Assembly: GCA_043815815.1 (NCBI GenBank)
Contig: JBDRIO010000003.1
Span: 28,360-92,359 of the forward strand
Length of the DNA: 64,000 nt
Reading direction: 5' to 3'
Source of the DNA: Candidatus Eiseniibacteriota bacterium
GTDB taxonomy: Bacteria > Joyebacterota > Joyebacteria > Joyebacterales > Joyebacteraceae
Notes under the pieces: model-generated
The model's input: the letters and a program-made list of their open reading frames with translations, nothing else
The model's database searches: none
What the model was told of the DNA's origin: nothing
Shown here: positions 17,866 through 27,281 of the stretch, one piece after another
Layout of the letters: each line of letters begins with the position of its first letter
Numbering within the stretch: the first letter of the stretch is position 1
Position numbers and translations under genes: made by a program

Positions 17866-18432
17866 TCACCGATAGAGGGCCTTGATGGAACCCCAGCTCT
17901 TCGCCTCGACGGGGTTGTTCGCGTTCCGGAACTGCACGTAGTCGACCCGGCAGAGGCCTCCCGACACGTGTTCGACGTAGAAGAAGTAGGTGCCGGCGTC
18001 CAGGCAGAATTCGCCGCTCCCGGCGGCGAGCGCGAACGGTCCTCAGCCGAATCCCCAGCCGTCCGTGAACCAGTAGTCTGCGGTCAGCTCCTGGCCCGGT
18101 ACTGGAGCTTCGGCGATGCGGACCCGCGTCTGCACGTGGTCGCCGTATCCGGACTGATACGCGACCGTGCTCGTGTAGCAGCCCGGCGCGGGGAACGTCA
18201 CCTTGAGCCTGAGCCACTCGCCCGGCACGTCGAGTCCTCCCGCAGCGAAAAACCCGCTCGCTCCGGAACAGAATTCCGTGCCGATCGCGACACCGCCCAG
18301 GTCGTTCGACCCGTAGGTCTCGTACTCCTCCCCTTCTATGAAGAGGTCGTCGGCCGCGAGCGCCGCCGGCGAGATCGCCAGCAGCACGAACGCCGCCGCG
18401 AACATCGGGAACATCGCTCGGGAAGTCATCAT
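17866..18432 (-). CDS. Secreted CBM6/35-like (galactose-binding-like) protein with the C-terminal tag; interrupted by one in-frame TGA (18045..18043)
   Basis: ATG 18432 starts MMTSRAMFPMFAAAFVLLAISPAALA (signal peptide). The frame continues ...DYWFTDGWGFG-[TGA]-GPFALAAGSGEFCLDAGTYFFYVEHVSGGLCRVDYVQFRNANNPVEAKSWGSIKALYR*. The same frame runs on both sides of the TGA, and the domain spans it. Confidence 0.6.
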
Positions 18433-18605
18433 CGTGGTGCGTCTCCCTGGTGTGCTCTCCGGGTCGCCTTCCGACTCACTCCTGGCCGGCGCGGGGCGCA
18501 AATGGCCCTCAAGTGATTCTGATGCGCTTCCGGGGGAGCGGATTCCCGACCAGAAGCAGGGGCCGCCGCGTCGGAGGCCCGTGCCGTCGGGACCGCGTGC
18601 GCGAC

Positions 18606-21194
18606 CTACCTGTACAGCTCCCGGGCGATGCCTATCTCGTAGCTCCGCCCGGGCTGCGGGAAGCCGTCCTCGTCCTCGTAGAGCGCGTCGAAGACGTTGT
18701 CGACACCGACGAAGACGTCTCCCCACGCGGTGGCGAAGGTGGCCCTCGCGTCCACCAGGTAGTACGGGTCCAGCGTGCCGTACCCGTCGTCGTATCTCGA
18801 ACCCACGCGGGTCATGCGTGCGAGATACGTGCCAGGACCCCGCTCGTAGCTCGTTTCCAGCACGGCCATCGTGCGCGGAACGAGCGGGACGAACTCGTTC
18901 GTCTCGATGTCCCTCGCCGAGGTCATGGCCAGGCTCATCCTGACGTCGAGCCCGCGGGCGAGCGAGTGCTCGACCCCGAACTCGGCGCCCCACGAGGAGA
19001 CCGTTCCGATGTTCTCGGCGGGCGCGCCCCAGCCGCCGGCCACGATCATGTCCTCCACCGACTGTTTGAACCCGAGCACCGAGACACGCGAGCCCTCCGC
19101 CGTCCGCTTGGCGAGCTCCACCTCGACCGAAGTGCTCCGCTCGGGCCTGAGATCCGGATTCCCGATCTCGGTGCTGAACCACTCCTTGAGTGTCGGGAAC
19201 CGCGTCTTCATCCCGGCCAGGAGTCGCACGGAAAGCCCGTCACCCATCCTGTGGGTCCACGCCGCCTGCGGGTTGAACCGCAGGAGCGCCCGTCCCTCGC
19301 CGGACATCAAGTCCGTGTTCACGGCGAGAGCGAGCCGGTCGGCGTCGGTGATCGTGATGACGTCCTGCCCGTAGAGGGACGACGTCGTCGCCTCGTAGCG
19401 CCGCCAGTCCTCGCCGACGTCGCCCTGGAGCCGCGCGATGTCACCACGGACGTTCATGCCGCCCGAGAGTCTGTGTCCGTCGATGCCGCGGAACTCCGAG
19501 TACGCGTAGCCGCCGAACGCCCGGTTCGAGACGGTCGACAGCCAGCGCCGGTCGGTCCGCTCGAAGTCGTTGTAGGCGGCGAGCTGGTTGTCGTTCGTGC
19601 CGTAGTAGACCTTGGTCTCCACGAAGAGGGCGTCGCTCGGACGGAACGCGACCGACCCGATCGTCCGGACCTCGCGCCAGAACGGGAAGCGCCAGAAACG
19701 CGGACGGTCCGAGCTCGTCGACGCCGGCGCGTCCCTTCGTCCGTCGCCGACCTGGACCGACACGGAGGCGTCGGTGCGCGGACCCATCTTCCACGCCGCG
19801 CGTCCCCAGACCAGGAGGTCCTCCTTGCCCGAGTGGTCGCGCGTCCCGCCGTCCTCCCAGGCCTCCGCCTCGTAGGAGCCCGGAAGCCCGAACCCGGAGC
19901 GGCCGTTCGCGGCCACTCCGCCCGCCAGATGGACGACCCCTATCCTGCCGCCTCCTGAGACGTACCCCGCGTACCGACCTCCGTCGCCCGCGGAGAGCCT
20001 GTATCCCATGCCGGTGCGGTCGTCGGTGACGGTGGTGACCTCGACGATGCCGCCCAGGGCGTTCGCGCCGTAGACGCTGGCGGCCGGCCCCTTGGTGACG
20101 CGTACCGATCCCAGCGCTCCGGCAAGGACCATCGAGGAGTTGACCGAACCCGTGTACGGATCGGAGATCGGCACGCCGTCGACGAGCACGACGATCTCGC
20201 GCTCGGCCAGGCCCCTGGTCGAGAGCTTGGACTCTCCCCGGGAGTTGGTGCGGACCACGACGCCGGGGACCATCTCGAGAGCCTGTGACAGGTCCTCCGC
20301 CCCCGCGTCTTCGATGTCCGACGAGGACAGCTGGAAGACCGAGTACGGCCCGAACAACCTCGTTCCGTACACGGTGAGTTCCGGAAGCTTGTAGTAAAGG
20401 TCCTGGGAGCCGCCCTCGGAGTGGATACGCGACGGGTCCGTCTGTTGCGCACACGCCGGGGCGACCGCGGTCACGAGGAGGATCCCGGCGATGAGCAGCC
20501 CGAGGGCGGACCCTCCGGGCGGGGTCGACCCGCCTCGCCCCGAGCCGCGTGAACCGGTCTCGGCGCGCCGTGCGCGCGCCCCCGGCGCCAGCAGTATCCT
20601 GTCTACGAACATCACTGCGCTGACCCCCAGAGCTATGTGGACGATGACCAGGAAGATGAAGACGAGCACCGCCTGCGTCGAGCCGGGCGTCTCCTGGTTC
20701 GCAATGAAACCCACGGTGAAGCGGAACACACCCGCCGGCCCGTAGCCTGCGAGATAGCCCTGTACGACGAACGGGTGCGCGAGCGCCCAGAGAACGGCCA
20801 GCGCTCCGGCGACGAGTCTCGAGCGCTGCCTCGGCGGCATGAAGCTCAGGACCAGCTCGACGATCAGGGCCTCGGCGGCGATCCCGAGGGCCGCGAAGGC
20901 CGCTCCCCCAAACCCCGAGACGAACCTTATCCCCGCCGCCGCCAGTCCGACCAGGATGGAGGACCACCGGCGGGGGACGTTCGCGCGCGCGGTCAGCAGT
21001 ATGACCACTCCGAACGTCGAGAGGAACGAGCCGCCGAACGGGACGTGCCAGCTCTTGATCATTCCCCCGACGGTTATCTCGATCACACCCCAGAGGGCCG
21101 CCATCAGCCCGAGGAGCGCTATCTCCCTGCTCGCGAACGGGGCGCGTCCGCCGGTCGTGGGTTCGACCTTCGGCCCGCGCTCCCCGCTCTCCAT
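18606..21194 (-). CDS. Single ORF fusing a roughly 200-aa polytopic membrane domain to a BtuB-sized TonB-dependent receptor
   Basis: The 862-aa ORF has about 5-6 hydrophobic helices in residues 20-200. A Gly/Arg linker follows, then a signal-peptide-like segment LGLLIAGILLVTAVAPACAQQ. TBDR plug motifs follow (ELTVYGTR, DGVPISDP, RVTKGPAASVYGANALGGIVEVTT) and then a barrel. Confidence 0.7.
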   Translation of the reverse strand: MESGERGPKVEPTTGGRAPFASREIALLGLMAALWGVIEITVGGMIKSWHVPFGGSFLSTFGVVILLTARANVPRRWSSILVGLAAAGIRFVSGFGGAAFAALGIAAEALIVELVLSFMPPRQRSRLVAGALAVLWALAHPFVVQGYLAGYGPAGVFRFTVGFIANQETPGSTQAVLVFIFLVIVHIALGVSAVMFVDRILLAPGARARRAETGSRGSGRGGSTPPGGSALGLLIAGILLVTAVAPACAQQTDPSRIHSEGGSQDLYYKLPELTVYGTRLFGPYSVFQLSSSDIEDAGAEDLSQALEMVPGVVVRTNSRGESKLSTRGLAEREIVVLVDGVPISDPYTGSVNSSMVLAGALGSVRVTKGPAASVYGANALGGIVEVTTVTDDRTGMGYRLSAGDGGRYAGYVSGGGRIGVVHLAGGVAANGRSGFGLPGSYEAEAWEDGGTRDHSGKEDLLVWGRAAWKMGPRTDASVSVQVGDGRRDAPASTSSDRPRFWRFPFWREVRTIGSVAFRPSDALFVETKVYYGTNDNQLAAYNDFERTDRRWLSTVSNRAFGGYAYSEFRGIDGHRLSGGMNVRGDIARLQGDVGEDWRRYEATTSSLYGQDVITITDADRLALAVNTDLMSGEGRALLRFNPQAAWTHRMGDGLSVRLLAGMKTRFPTLKEWFSTEIGNPDLRPERSTSVEVELAKRTAEGSRVSVLGFKQSVEDMIVAGGWGAPAENIGTVSSWGAEFGVEHSLARGLDVRMSLAMTSARDIETNEFVPLVPRTMAVLETSYERGPGTYLARMTRVGSRYDDGYGTLDPYYLVDARATFATAWGDVFVGVDNVFDALYEDEDGFPQPGRSYEIGIARELYR

Positions 21195-21320
21195 ACCCGT
21201 CCCCCGATGTTCGCGTGAGGCCTCTTGCCGTGCGGTCTCGCTCCCGACCTCACCGAAGCCGTTCGCCCTTACGCTCCGATACTACATGAGCGATGTCAAG
21301 GACGCAACACCCCGGCGGAC

Positions 21321-24026
21321 TCAGCGCCGGCCGCGCATGATCTCCGCCGCGGCGGCCGTGTCGCCCGCCGCCAGCTCCAGCTCGCTCCAGGCGGCCAGGA
21401 ACTGCTCGCCCTGTCCGCCCAGCTCGCGCGCGCGCTGGAAGAACCGCCTCGCCTCCGTGTGGAACCCCAATCCGCCGAGTACGGTCGCCTTGAGACCCAG
21501 CGGCTGCCAGGCCGTGGGGAGCAGGCGCACGACATCGTCCAGATATTCGAGCGCCTCTTCGGGCTGGCCGTTTCTGGCCAGCATGACTGCCAGGTCATAC
21601 TTGAGCCGCGGATTGTGCGGCTGCAGCTCCACGGAGCGCCGCATCGCCGCCACCGCCGCGTCGAGGTCGTCCATCTCCCAGTAGCAGCGGGAGAGGCTCG
21701 TGAACACGCCGGCCGAGGACGGGCCCGACTCCTCGGCGCGCCTGAAGGCGGCGACCGCCTCGGTGTATCGTTCCTGCCTCAGGAGGAAGTCGCCGTAGGC
21801 GAGGCGCGCCGCCGGGTCGTCCGCGGCGTTCCTCTCGGCCCATCTGAGGAGCGTCTCGGCGCGCTCCACGCCGCCCTCACGCTCCAGGAGTGCCGCAAGT
21901 TCCATCTTGTAGCGCACGCTCCCCGGGTCGAGACGCACCGCCCGCTCGAGCGCCCCGATCGCCGCCTCGACGTCGCCCGCCGCCAGGTCGAGCCTGGACA
22001 GGTTGTGGTACGTGTCCGCTCTGCCGGGCGCCAGCGAGATGGCGGCAGCAAGCTCCTCGCGCGCCGCCTTGAGCCTGCCGGCCTCGCGATACGCGACACC
22101 GAGATTGTTGTGTATGTGAGCGGCGCCCGGCGCGGCATCGCGGGCCGCCTCGAGAACGCGAATGCCGCGCCCGACCTGACCGCGGACGAGAAGGAGCTGG
22201 CCGAAGTCGGCGAGCGTCGTCGCGTACGCCTCCAGGGTGCCGTCGTCCGGCCGCGGACCGTGCGCGTCTCCGGAGTGGGCGAACTCGCTCACGTAGCCCT
22301 CGAGCGCTTCGTTGTCGAGCGCTGTCGAGCTCGCGGCGTCGGTCGACGCGCCGGAGATCCGGACGAGCAGTCCGGGCGCGGACAGACGTCTCGGGAACGC
22401 GTCTCTGCCGATGTCGATGTCCGCCACGATGGGCCGAACGTCGCCGTTCAGCTCGACCAGGAGCGGCAGATAACCGGACACCGGCATCGACGCGCGGGCC
22501 GGCGGCACGCACGGGACGGAAGGGTCGCGTCCCTCGAGCGTCGCGAGTTCTCCCTCCGTCGGGAACTCGACGCCCGGGTACCACTTCTCCAGATGCGGCG
22601 CCCGCTCGCGTATGTTGATGACCGCGATGTCGTCGCGGGTCCCGTCGACGAACCGCGAGTACCAGAGCGGGAACACGGTGCGGTCGTTCTGCGCGAGGAC
22701 GACGGCGTTGGGAGGCACCTCCGAGAGCATCCTCTCGAGATAGACGCGCCCGCCGGTGGCGTCGCTGAGATCGCGCTCCGGCCAGAGAACCGCCGTGTGA
22801 AGAAAGACCGAGACGCCCGCAACGGCCGCAAGTCCGAAGGCGGCGGCCAGACGGGAGCGCGAGCCGGCCCGCGAGACGAGACGCGGCAGTTCCGCGACCG
22901 CCAGACCCGCGCATGCGGCCAGGACGGCGTAGACGGGGATGTAGTAGTTGCCGATGTCCGGGATGCGGTAGTTGACCGCGTGGACGACCACGAGGATCGC
23001 CTCGAGTGCGAGAACGGCGAAGAGCCTCTTCGAGCGGATCCAGAGCGTGGCGACACCGACGCCCGCGAGCGAGAGAACCGGCCACGTGAGTGCGGAGGGC
23101 AGACCCGAGAAGAACGACCTGAGATTCGCGAGCACGCCCGGAAGCGGTTCGGCGAAGAGCCGGGACGTGTACTGCGAACCGGAGACGTGCCCTACGAAAG
23201 AAGGCAGCGAGTCCAGCCTCGTCCAGAGAACGGCGGGGTCCTGCGCCGACCGGAGGGGCAGATAGGCGTAGAGCGAGAGCCCCGCCAGAACGAAGAGGAG
23301 CATCCTCCACACGCTCCGGGACGGGGCGTGCCGGCCCTTCCCTGCCGCGAGAGCGACCGCTACCGACGGAACGGCCAGCGCCGCGGTCAGATGATGCGCG
23401 AGAGACAATCCCAGCAGGAGTCCGCCGACCCAGAGCAGCCGCTCTCCGCGAAGTCCCGCGGACACGAGGCCCTCCTCCGCCATCCTGCGCCACCGCACGA
23501 AGACGAGCAGGGCGCCGAACACCAGAAGGGCAGAGAGCGTGTAGACCTCCGGAACGGTCGCCTGTGACCAGAGCGCCGGCGAGAACGAGAACGCAAGCCC
23601 CGCAACGACCGCCCCCAGCACCCTGGGCACGAGGGACCTGCGCTCGCCGCCCGGGCCTCCCTCACGTTCGTGGCCCGAAGCCCCTCCGAGCCCGATTCCC
23701 CGCCCGGCCGTCAGCTCCCACACGAGGAGCGACAGGACGCCGGACGCAACGGCCGCGAAGAGCGCCGAGAGGAGCGAGAGTCTGAAGAACGGAGTCCCGG
23801 CGGGGACGCGAACGGCCAGCGCCGAGAGGAGCGTGTAGAGCGGATAGCCGGGCGGATGAGCGACGCCGAGGGTCCGCGCCACTGCCACGAACTCGGCCGA
23901 GTCTCCAAGCGTGAGGTCGCGGGCGGCGGTCAGGCAGTAGACGGCGAACGACGTGACGGACACGAGCGCCGCCGAGCAGAGCGGCGCCGCCCCGAGCTCG
24001 CCGATGTCTCCGGCCGGGTCTCTCAT
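21321..24026 (-). CDS. DUF2723 (TMEM260-like glycosyltransferase-fold) membrane protein with C-terminal TPR repeats
   Basis: 901 aa. The N-terminal GDSAEFVAVARTLGVAHPPGYPLYTLL motif is followed by many TM helices. The C-terminal roughly 350 aa are TPR-like repeats. Confidence 0.75.
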   Translation of the reverse strand: MRDPAGDIGELGAAPLCSAALVSVTSFAVYCLTAARDLTLGDSAEFVAVARTLGVAHPPGYPLYTLLSALAVRVPAGTPFFRLSLLSALFAAVASGVLSLLVWELTAGRGIGLGGASGHEREGGPGGERRSLVPRVLGAVVAGLAFSFSPALWSQATVPEVYTLSALLVFGALLVFVRWRRMAEEGLVSAGLRGERLLWVGGLLLGLSLAHHLTAALAVPSVAVALAAGKGRHAPSRSVWRMLLFVLAGLSLYAYLPLRSAQDPAVLWTRLDSLPSFVGHVSGSQYTSRLFAEPLPGVLANLRSFFSGLPSALTWPVLSLAGVGVATLWIRSKRLFAVLALEAILVVVHAVNYRIPDIGNYYIPVYAVLAACAGLAVAELPRLVSRAGSRSRLAAAFGLAAVAGVSVFLHTAVLWPERDLSDATGGRVYLERMLSEVPPNAVVLAQNDRTVFPLWYSRFVDGTRDDIAVINIRERAPHLEKWYPGVEFPTEGELATLEGRDPSVPCVPPARASMPVSGYLPLLVELNGDVRPIVADIDIGRDAFPRRLSAPGLLVRISGASTDAASSTALDNEALEGYVSEFAHSGDAHGPRPDDGTLEAYATTLADFGQLLLVRGQVGRGIRVLEAARDAAPGAAHIHNNLGVAYREAGRLKAAREELAAAISLAPGRADTYHNLSRLDLAAGDVEAAIGALERAVRLDPGSVRYKMELAALLEREGGVERAETLLRWAERNAADDPAARLAYGDFLLRQERYTEAVAAFRRAEESGPSSAGVFTSLSRCYWEMDDLDAAVAAMRRSVELQPHNPRLKYDLAVMLARNGQPEEALEYLDDVVRLLPTAWQPLGLKATVLGGLGFHTEARRFFQRARELGGQGEQFLAAWSELELAAGDTAAAAEIMRGRR

Positions 24027-24976
24027 CGCCTGAACGTCGCCTTTATCGTGCCCCAGGTGGCCGGTTCCACCTCGGTCTCATTGTAGTAGACGTCGTCGAC
24101 CTCGTAGATGGTAGCGTCGACGTGCGACTCCACCGGGCCGTAGCTGGACGTCCAGAGCGACCTGCCCCGAGTGGCGCGTCCCACGGCCACTCCGGCCATT
24201 CGAAGGGCCGTCGGGTGCGTGACGAAGAGGTCCACGACGTTCATGCCGGAGTCGCAGACGTAGACGGACCCGAACCATCGTTCCGACACGTAGTAGAGCC
24301 CGGTGTCGGGGTCGTGGTCCAGGCCGCCGGCGGAGTCGGCGTTCGGCATCGGGTGGTCGAACACGGCCGTCGTCTGGAACAGCGTGTCGCAGCGGACGAT
24401 CTCCATCCGGGCGCTCGACTGGAGCCAGAAGCTCTGCCCGTCGAAGCAGATGCCCACGACCTGGTCGGCGACGGATTCCACGTTCCAGCTCCCGACGAGC
24501 GTGCCGTCGAGCTCGAACTGGTAGACCCGGTCCACGGGATCGTCGAGGTGCCCTCCGAAGTCCGTCACGTACAGGTACTCACCGCGCCCGGTCTCGACGT
24601 GGCAGATGCCGTTGCCGATGTCCGTCGCCAGCGGGTATCCAATCTGTGGTCCCATTCTGAAGAGGTAGGTTGCGACGCCCGCGGGCGAGATGGCGTAGAC
24701 CTCACCCAGCACCTCGTCGACGTGATAGAGGACGCCCTGCGGCCCGACCCAGTCGACGCCCATCGCCGCCGTGCCGGGAGCCGCGAACGAGTCGAGCACT
24801 GCTCTCGCGAGCGGTTCCCCGGTGTCCCCCCAGGGGGAGGCCGTCGGGGTCGCTCCGCTCAAGGCCGTCGGCTCGGCCGCCGGGCGCTGCACCGCGCTCG
24901 GGCCTTTCACTCCTGGCCCCGCCCGGGCCGCACACGCGACCGCCAGCAACACCACGGCAACGACAGCGGGTTTCAT
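24023..24976 (-). CDS. Secreted beta-propeller-like hypothetical protein with the C-terminal tag
   Basis: Start trimmed to ATG 24976 (GGGAGGG upstream), giving the signal peptide MKPAVVAVVLLAVACAARA. The tail is ...VEPATWGTIKATFRR*. Its stop overlaps the next gene's start (ATGA). Confidence 0.7.
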   Translation of the reverse strand: MKPAVVAVVLLAVACAARAGPGVKGPSAVQRPAAEPTALSGATPTASPWGDTGEPLARAVLDSFAAPGTAAMGVDWVGPQGVLYHVDEVLGEVYAISPAGVATYLFRMGPQIGYPLATDIGNGICHVETGRGEYLYVTDFGGHLDDPVDRVYQFELDGTLVGSWNVESVADQVVGICFDGQSFWLQSSARMEIVRCDTLFQTTAVFDHPMPNADSAGGLDHDPDTGLYYVSERWFGSVYVCDSGMNVVDLFVTHPTALRMAGVAVGRATRGRSLWTSSYGPVESHVDATIYEVDDVYYNETEVEPATWGTIKATFRR

Positions 24977-25100
24977 GGGGTCCCTCCCGTCCTCTCGCTC
25001 CATTGAGGGTTTGCATCCCGGCCGGCGCATGATACCATGCTGTCCTGGTCGGTCCAGAGTCAAACGCGCCCAGGAGCCGCGCCCGGCCTCCCCACGTATC

Positions 25101-25130
25101 TTGACTGGCTCCCGGCCACTGTGCTATAAT
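25101..25130 (+). promoter_or_regulatory. Sigma70-type promoter
   Basis: TTGACT (25101..25106), an 18-nt spacer, then TATAAT (25125..25130). Confidence 0.65.
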
Positions 25131-25221
25131 GCGGTGAGAGGGTGCGCCTTGGGGGAACGACCCTTGGCGACTCAATGGTGTGGACGCACTCTGACGAACC
25201 CTCCGACACGGGAGGTCGGGT

Positions 25222-26091
25222 ATGAGAGTACTGCTAGTGCTGATGCTCGTCATGGCATTCGTCTCGGGAGCCATGGGCGCCAGCTCACGGCTGGGCGGAC
25301 CGGACGTGGGCACGGGTCATCCCGCGCCCGGCTCTCTCCAGGTGCCCGTGGCCGACGTCCTCATCTGCATCGACGTGGACGCGAACTGGGGGCTCTTCGC
25401 CGACCCGACTCCCAAGTACTCCTCCGCGTTCGTCGCGGCGGGAGCCACGGTGATCGCCACGTGCGGCGTCGAGTCGTCCGGAGGGTCGATCAGCTTCCCC
25501 GCGAGCGTCACGGTCGACAACTACCCGCTCGTGGTCGTCCTGACGAGCGAGAACTGGTGGTCGTCGCCGCAGAACATAGACCCCACCGATGAGGCCGTGC
25601 TCGCGAGCTACCTCGACTCCGGCGGCAACCTGCTCTTCGTCGGACAGGACTACATGTACGGAGCGCATACCACGATGGGAACGTGCTCCGGCTTCCCGCG
25701 CGACTACCTCGGAATGGACATCTGCTATCAGGAAGTGACGTACGGCCCCATCACCGCGACGGTGTCCGGCTCCACGGGCTGGATCTTCGACGGCGAGTCG
25801 GTCGTCCTCGACTCGGCCAACGTCTTCATGAACAACCCCTTCTTCCCGGATTGCGCCGACCCCGTCGCGACGACGGCGGGATACGGTCTCTACTACGACG
25901 AGGCCGGTCAGGACGGCGTCCTCATCTACAACGAGACCGAGGTGTTCAAGACGGTGTGGGCCGGGATCGAACTTGCCGGGGCGTCCACGGACGACTTCAA
26001 CATGATGATCGAACTCCTCTACGACTGGTTCCTGGGGATCACGCCCGTCGAGGAGACCTCCTGGGGGCACATCAAGGCCCTGTACAGGTAG
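25222..26091 (+). CDS. Secreted hypothetical protein with the C-terminal tag
   Basis: 289 aa with the signal peptide MRVLLVLMLVMAFVSGAMGA. The tail is ...PVEETSWGHIKALYR*. Confidence 0.75.
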   Translation: MRVLLVLMLVMAFVSGAMGASSRLGGPDVGTGHPAPGSLQVPVADVLICIDVDANWGLFADPTPKYSSAFVAAGATVIATCGVESSGGSISFPASVTVDNYPLVVVLTSENWWSSPQNIDPTDEAVLASYLDSGGNLLFVGQDYMYGAHTTMGTCSGFPRDYLGMDICYQEVTYGPITATVSGSTGWIFDGESVVLDSANVFMNNPFFPDCADPVATTAGYGLYYDEAGQDGVLIYNETEVFKTVWAGIELAGASTDDFNMMIELLYDWFLGITPVEETSWGHIKALYR

Positions 26092-26118
26092 TGAGCCACA
26101 CAGCGGAGATGCGTAGCG

Positions 26119-26150
26119 GCGGGCGGAGGTCTTCCTCCGCCCGCTTCTTC
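26119..26150 (+). terminator. Intrinsic terminator
   Basis: GCGGGCGGAGG-TCTT-CCTCCGCCCGC followed by TTCTTCC. Confidence 0.6.
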
Positions 26151-26359
26151 CTGTCGGCCCGGACGATCCTTCGGCGGAGCCCGCGGCCGCCCCGTGGTCG
26201 CGACTCCCCTGAGAGGGCATCGTTCTCACCTCACCCTTGATTGTTGCCGCGACCAGATGTTCGGCTATACTCGTCCGGTCTACCACGGCATTCCTACCAC
26301 GGCATTGCGGTACCGGCTGCTGACGCCGCCGGCCACCGGACCCAGACACGGAGCCACCG

Positions 26360-26626
26360 ATGACAGAAGAGCGAGAGAACAGAGAGGCGGACGTCACGTT
26401 CGAGGTGGTCTACACGGCGAACGGCGAGGCGGAGGCGCACGGTGTGAGAACGGCGCTCGATGCCGCGGGAATACCGACGGAACTCAAGGTCGCGTCGGCG
26501 ACGAAGCTCTTCCCCGTCACGGTCGACGGTCTCGGAGCGGTCGGGATACTGGTCCCGGTCGACAGACTGGAAGAGGCGCGCGCCATCATCGAGACGCCCG
26601 CGGAGCTGGCGTCGAGCGACGAGTAG
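26360..26626 (+). CDS. DUF2007-like small protein (putative signal-transducing fold)
   Basis: 88 aa with an EVVYTANGEAEAHGVRTALDAAGIP...ILVPVDRLEEARAII pattern. Confidence 0.5.
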   Translation: MTEERENREADVTFEVVYTANGEAEAHGVRTALDAAGIPTELKVASATKLFPVTVDGLGAVGILVPVDRLEEARAIIETPAELASSDE

Positions 26627-26690
26627 ATTCCGCCTGAATCCGAAGACGGTCGGCCGCCGCGGCGCTCCGACCGGAACGAGCGGAGGGAGC

Positions 26691-27104
26691 GTGTCCCGGA
26701 TCGACCTGTCCGATGACAGCATGTGCTTCGCCTGCGGCAAGCGCAACGAACAGGGGCTCAAGCTCTCGTTCGAGGAGGACGGCGAGGACGTCGTGGCGTC
26801 GGTCTCGTTCGCGAGGCACTTCCAGGGGTACCGAGGGATCGTGCACGGCGGCCTCATCTCCACGGTCCTCGACGAGGCGATGGTCACCCTGGTGAACAGG
26901 CTCGGATTCCTGGCCGTGACCGCGGACCTGAGCGTCAGGTTCCTGCGTCCCCTGCCGGTAGAGACGCCCGTTCGGGTCCGTGCGCGGCTCGTCGCAAGGC
27001 GCCGCAACGTGTTCAAGCTCGAGTCGGTCGCAAGCCTCGCGGACGGCACGGAGGTGGCGAGAGCGCGCTCGACGTTCCTGGCGCAGGGCGCGGCTACGGA
27101 GTAG
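26691..27104 (+). CDS. PaaI-family hot-dog thioesterase
   Basis: GTG 26691 follows GGAGGGAGC. Motifs are CFACGKRNEQGLKL and HGGLISTVLDEAM. Confidence 0.75.
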   Translation: MSRIDLSDDSMCFACGKRNEQGLKLSFEEDGEDVVASVSFARHFQGYRGIVHGGLISTVLDEAMVTLVNRLGFLAVTADLSVRFLRPLPVETPVRVRARLVARRRNVFKLESVASLADGTEVARARSTFLAQGAATE

Positions 27105-27170
27105 ACGGCGCGGGGCGAGATCCCCAAGCAGCCGGCGCGGGACGCTGTCCCCCACCCGAGCCATCATTCA

Positions 27171-27199
27171 TTGACTACTGAGAGAAACTGCGGTATAAT
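27171..27199 (+). promoter_or_regulatory. Sigma70-type promoter of the C25 peptidase gene
   Basis: TTGACT (27171..27176), a 17-nt spacer, then TATAAT (27194..27199). Confidence 0.65.
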
Positions 27200-27281
27200 G
27201 AAGGGGACGGCTGAGTTGCGCCGTTCGCTGCGTCCACGCTGTCCAGCGCTTCCCGTACCTCACATCGAGGAGGACGATACC

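Noticed and set aside
21195-21320. Cobalamin or other riboswitch upstream of the membrane::TBDR fusion
   Set aside because: The leader (...GUAAGGGCGAACGGCUUCGGUGAGGUCGGGAGCGAGACC...) has a faint resemblance to B12-element cores. However, it is only about 125 nt long and lacks the GCCACUG box. The evidence is insufficient.
21225-23567. A 780-aa plus-strand ORF, and likewise 42309..44696 (795 aa, minus strand)
   Set aside because: They are antisense to the DUF2723-TPR gene and to the Kelch/SBP genes respectively, and have noise-like composition.
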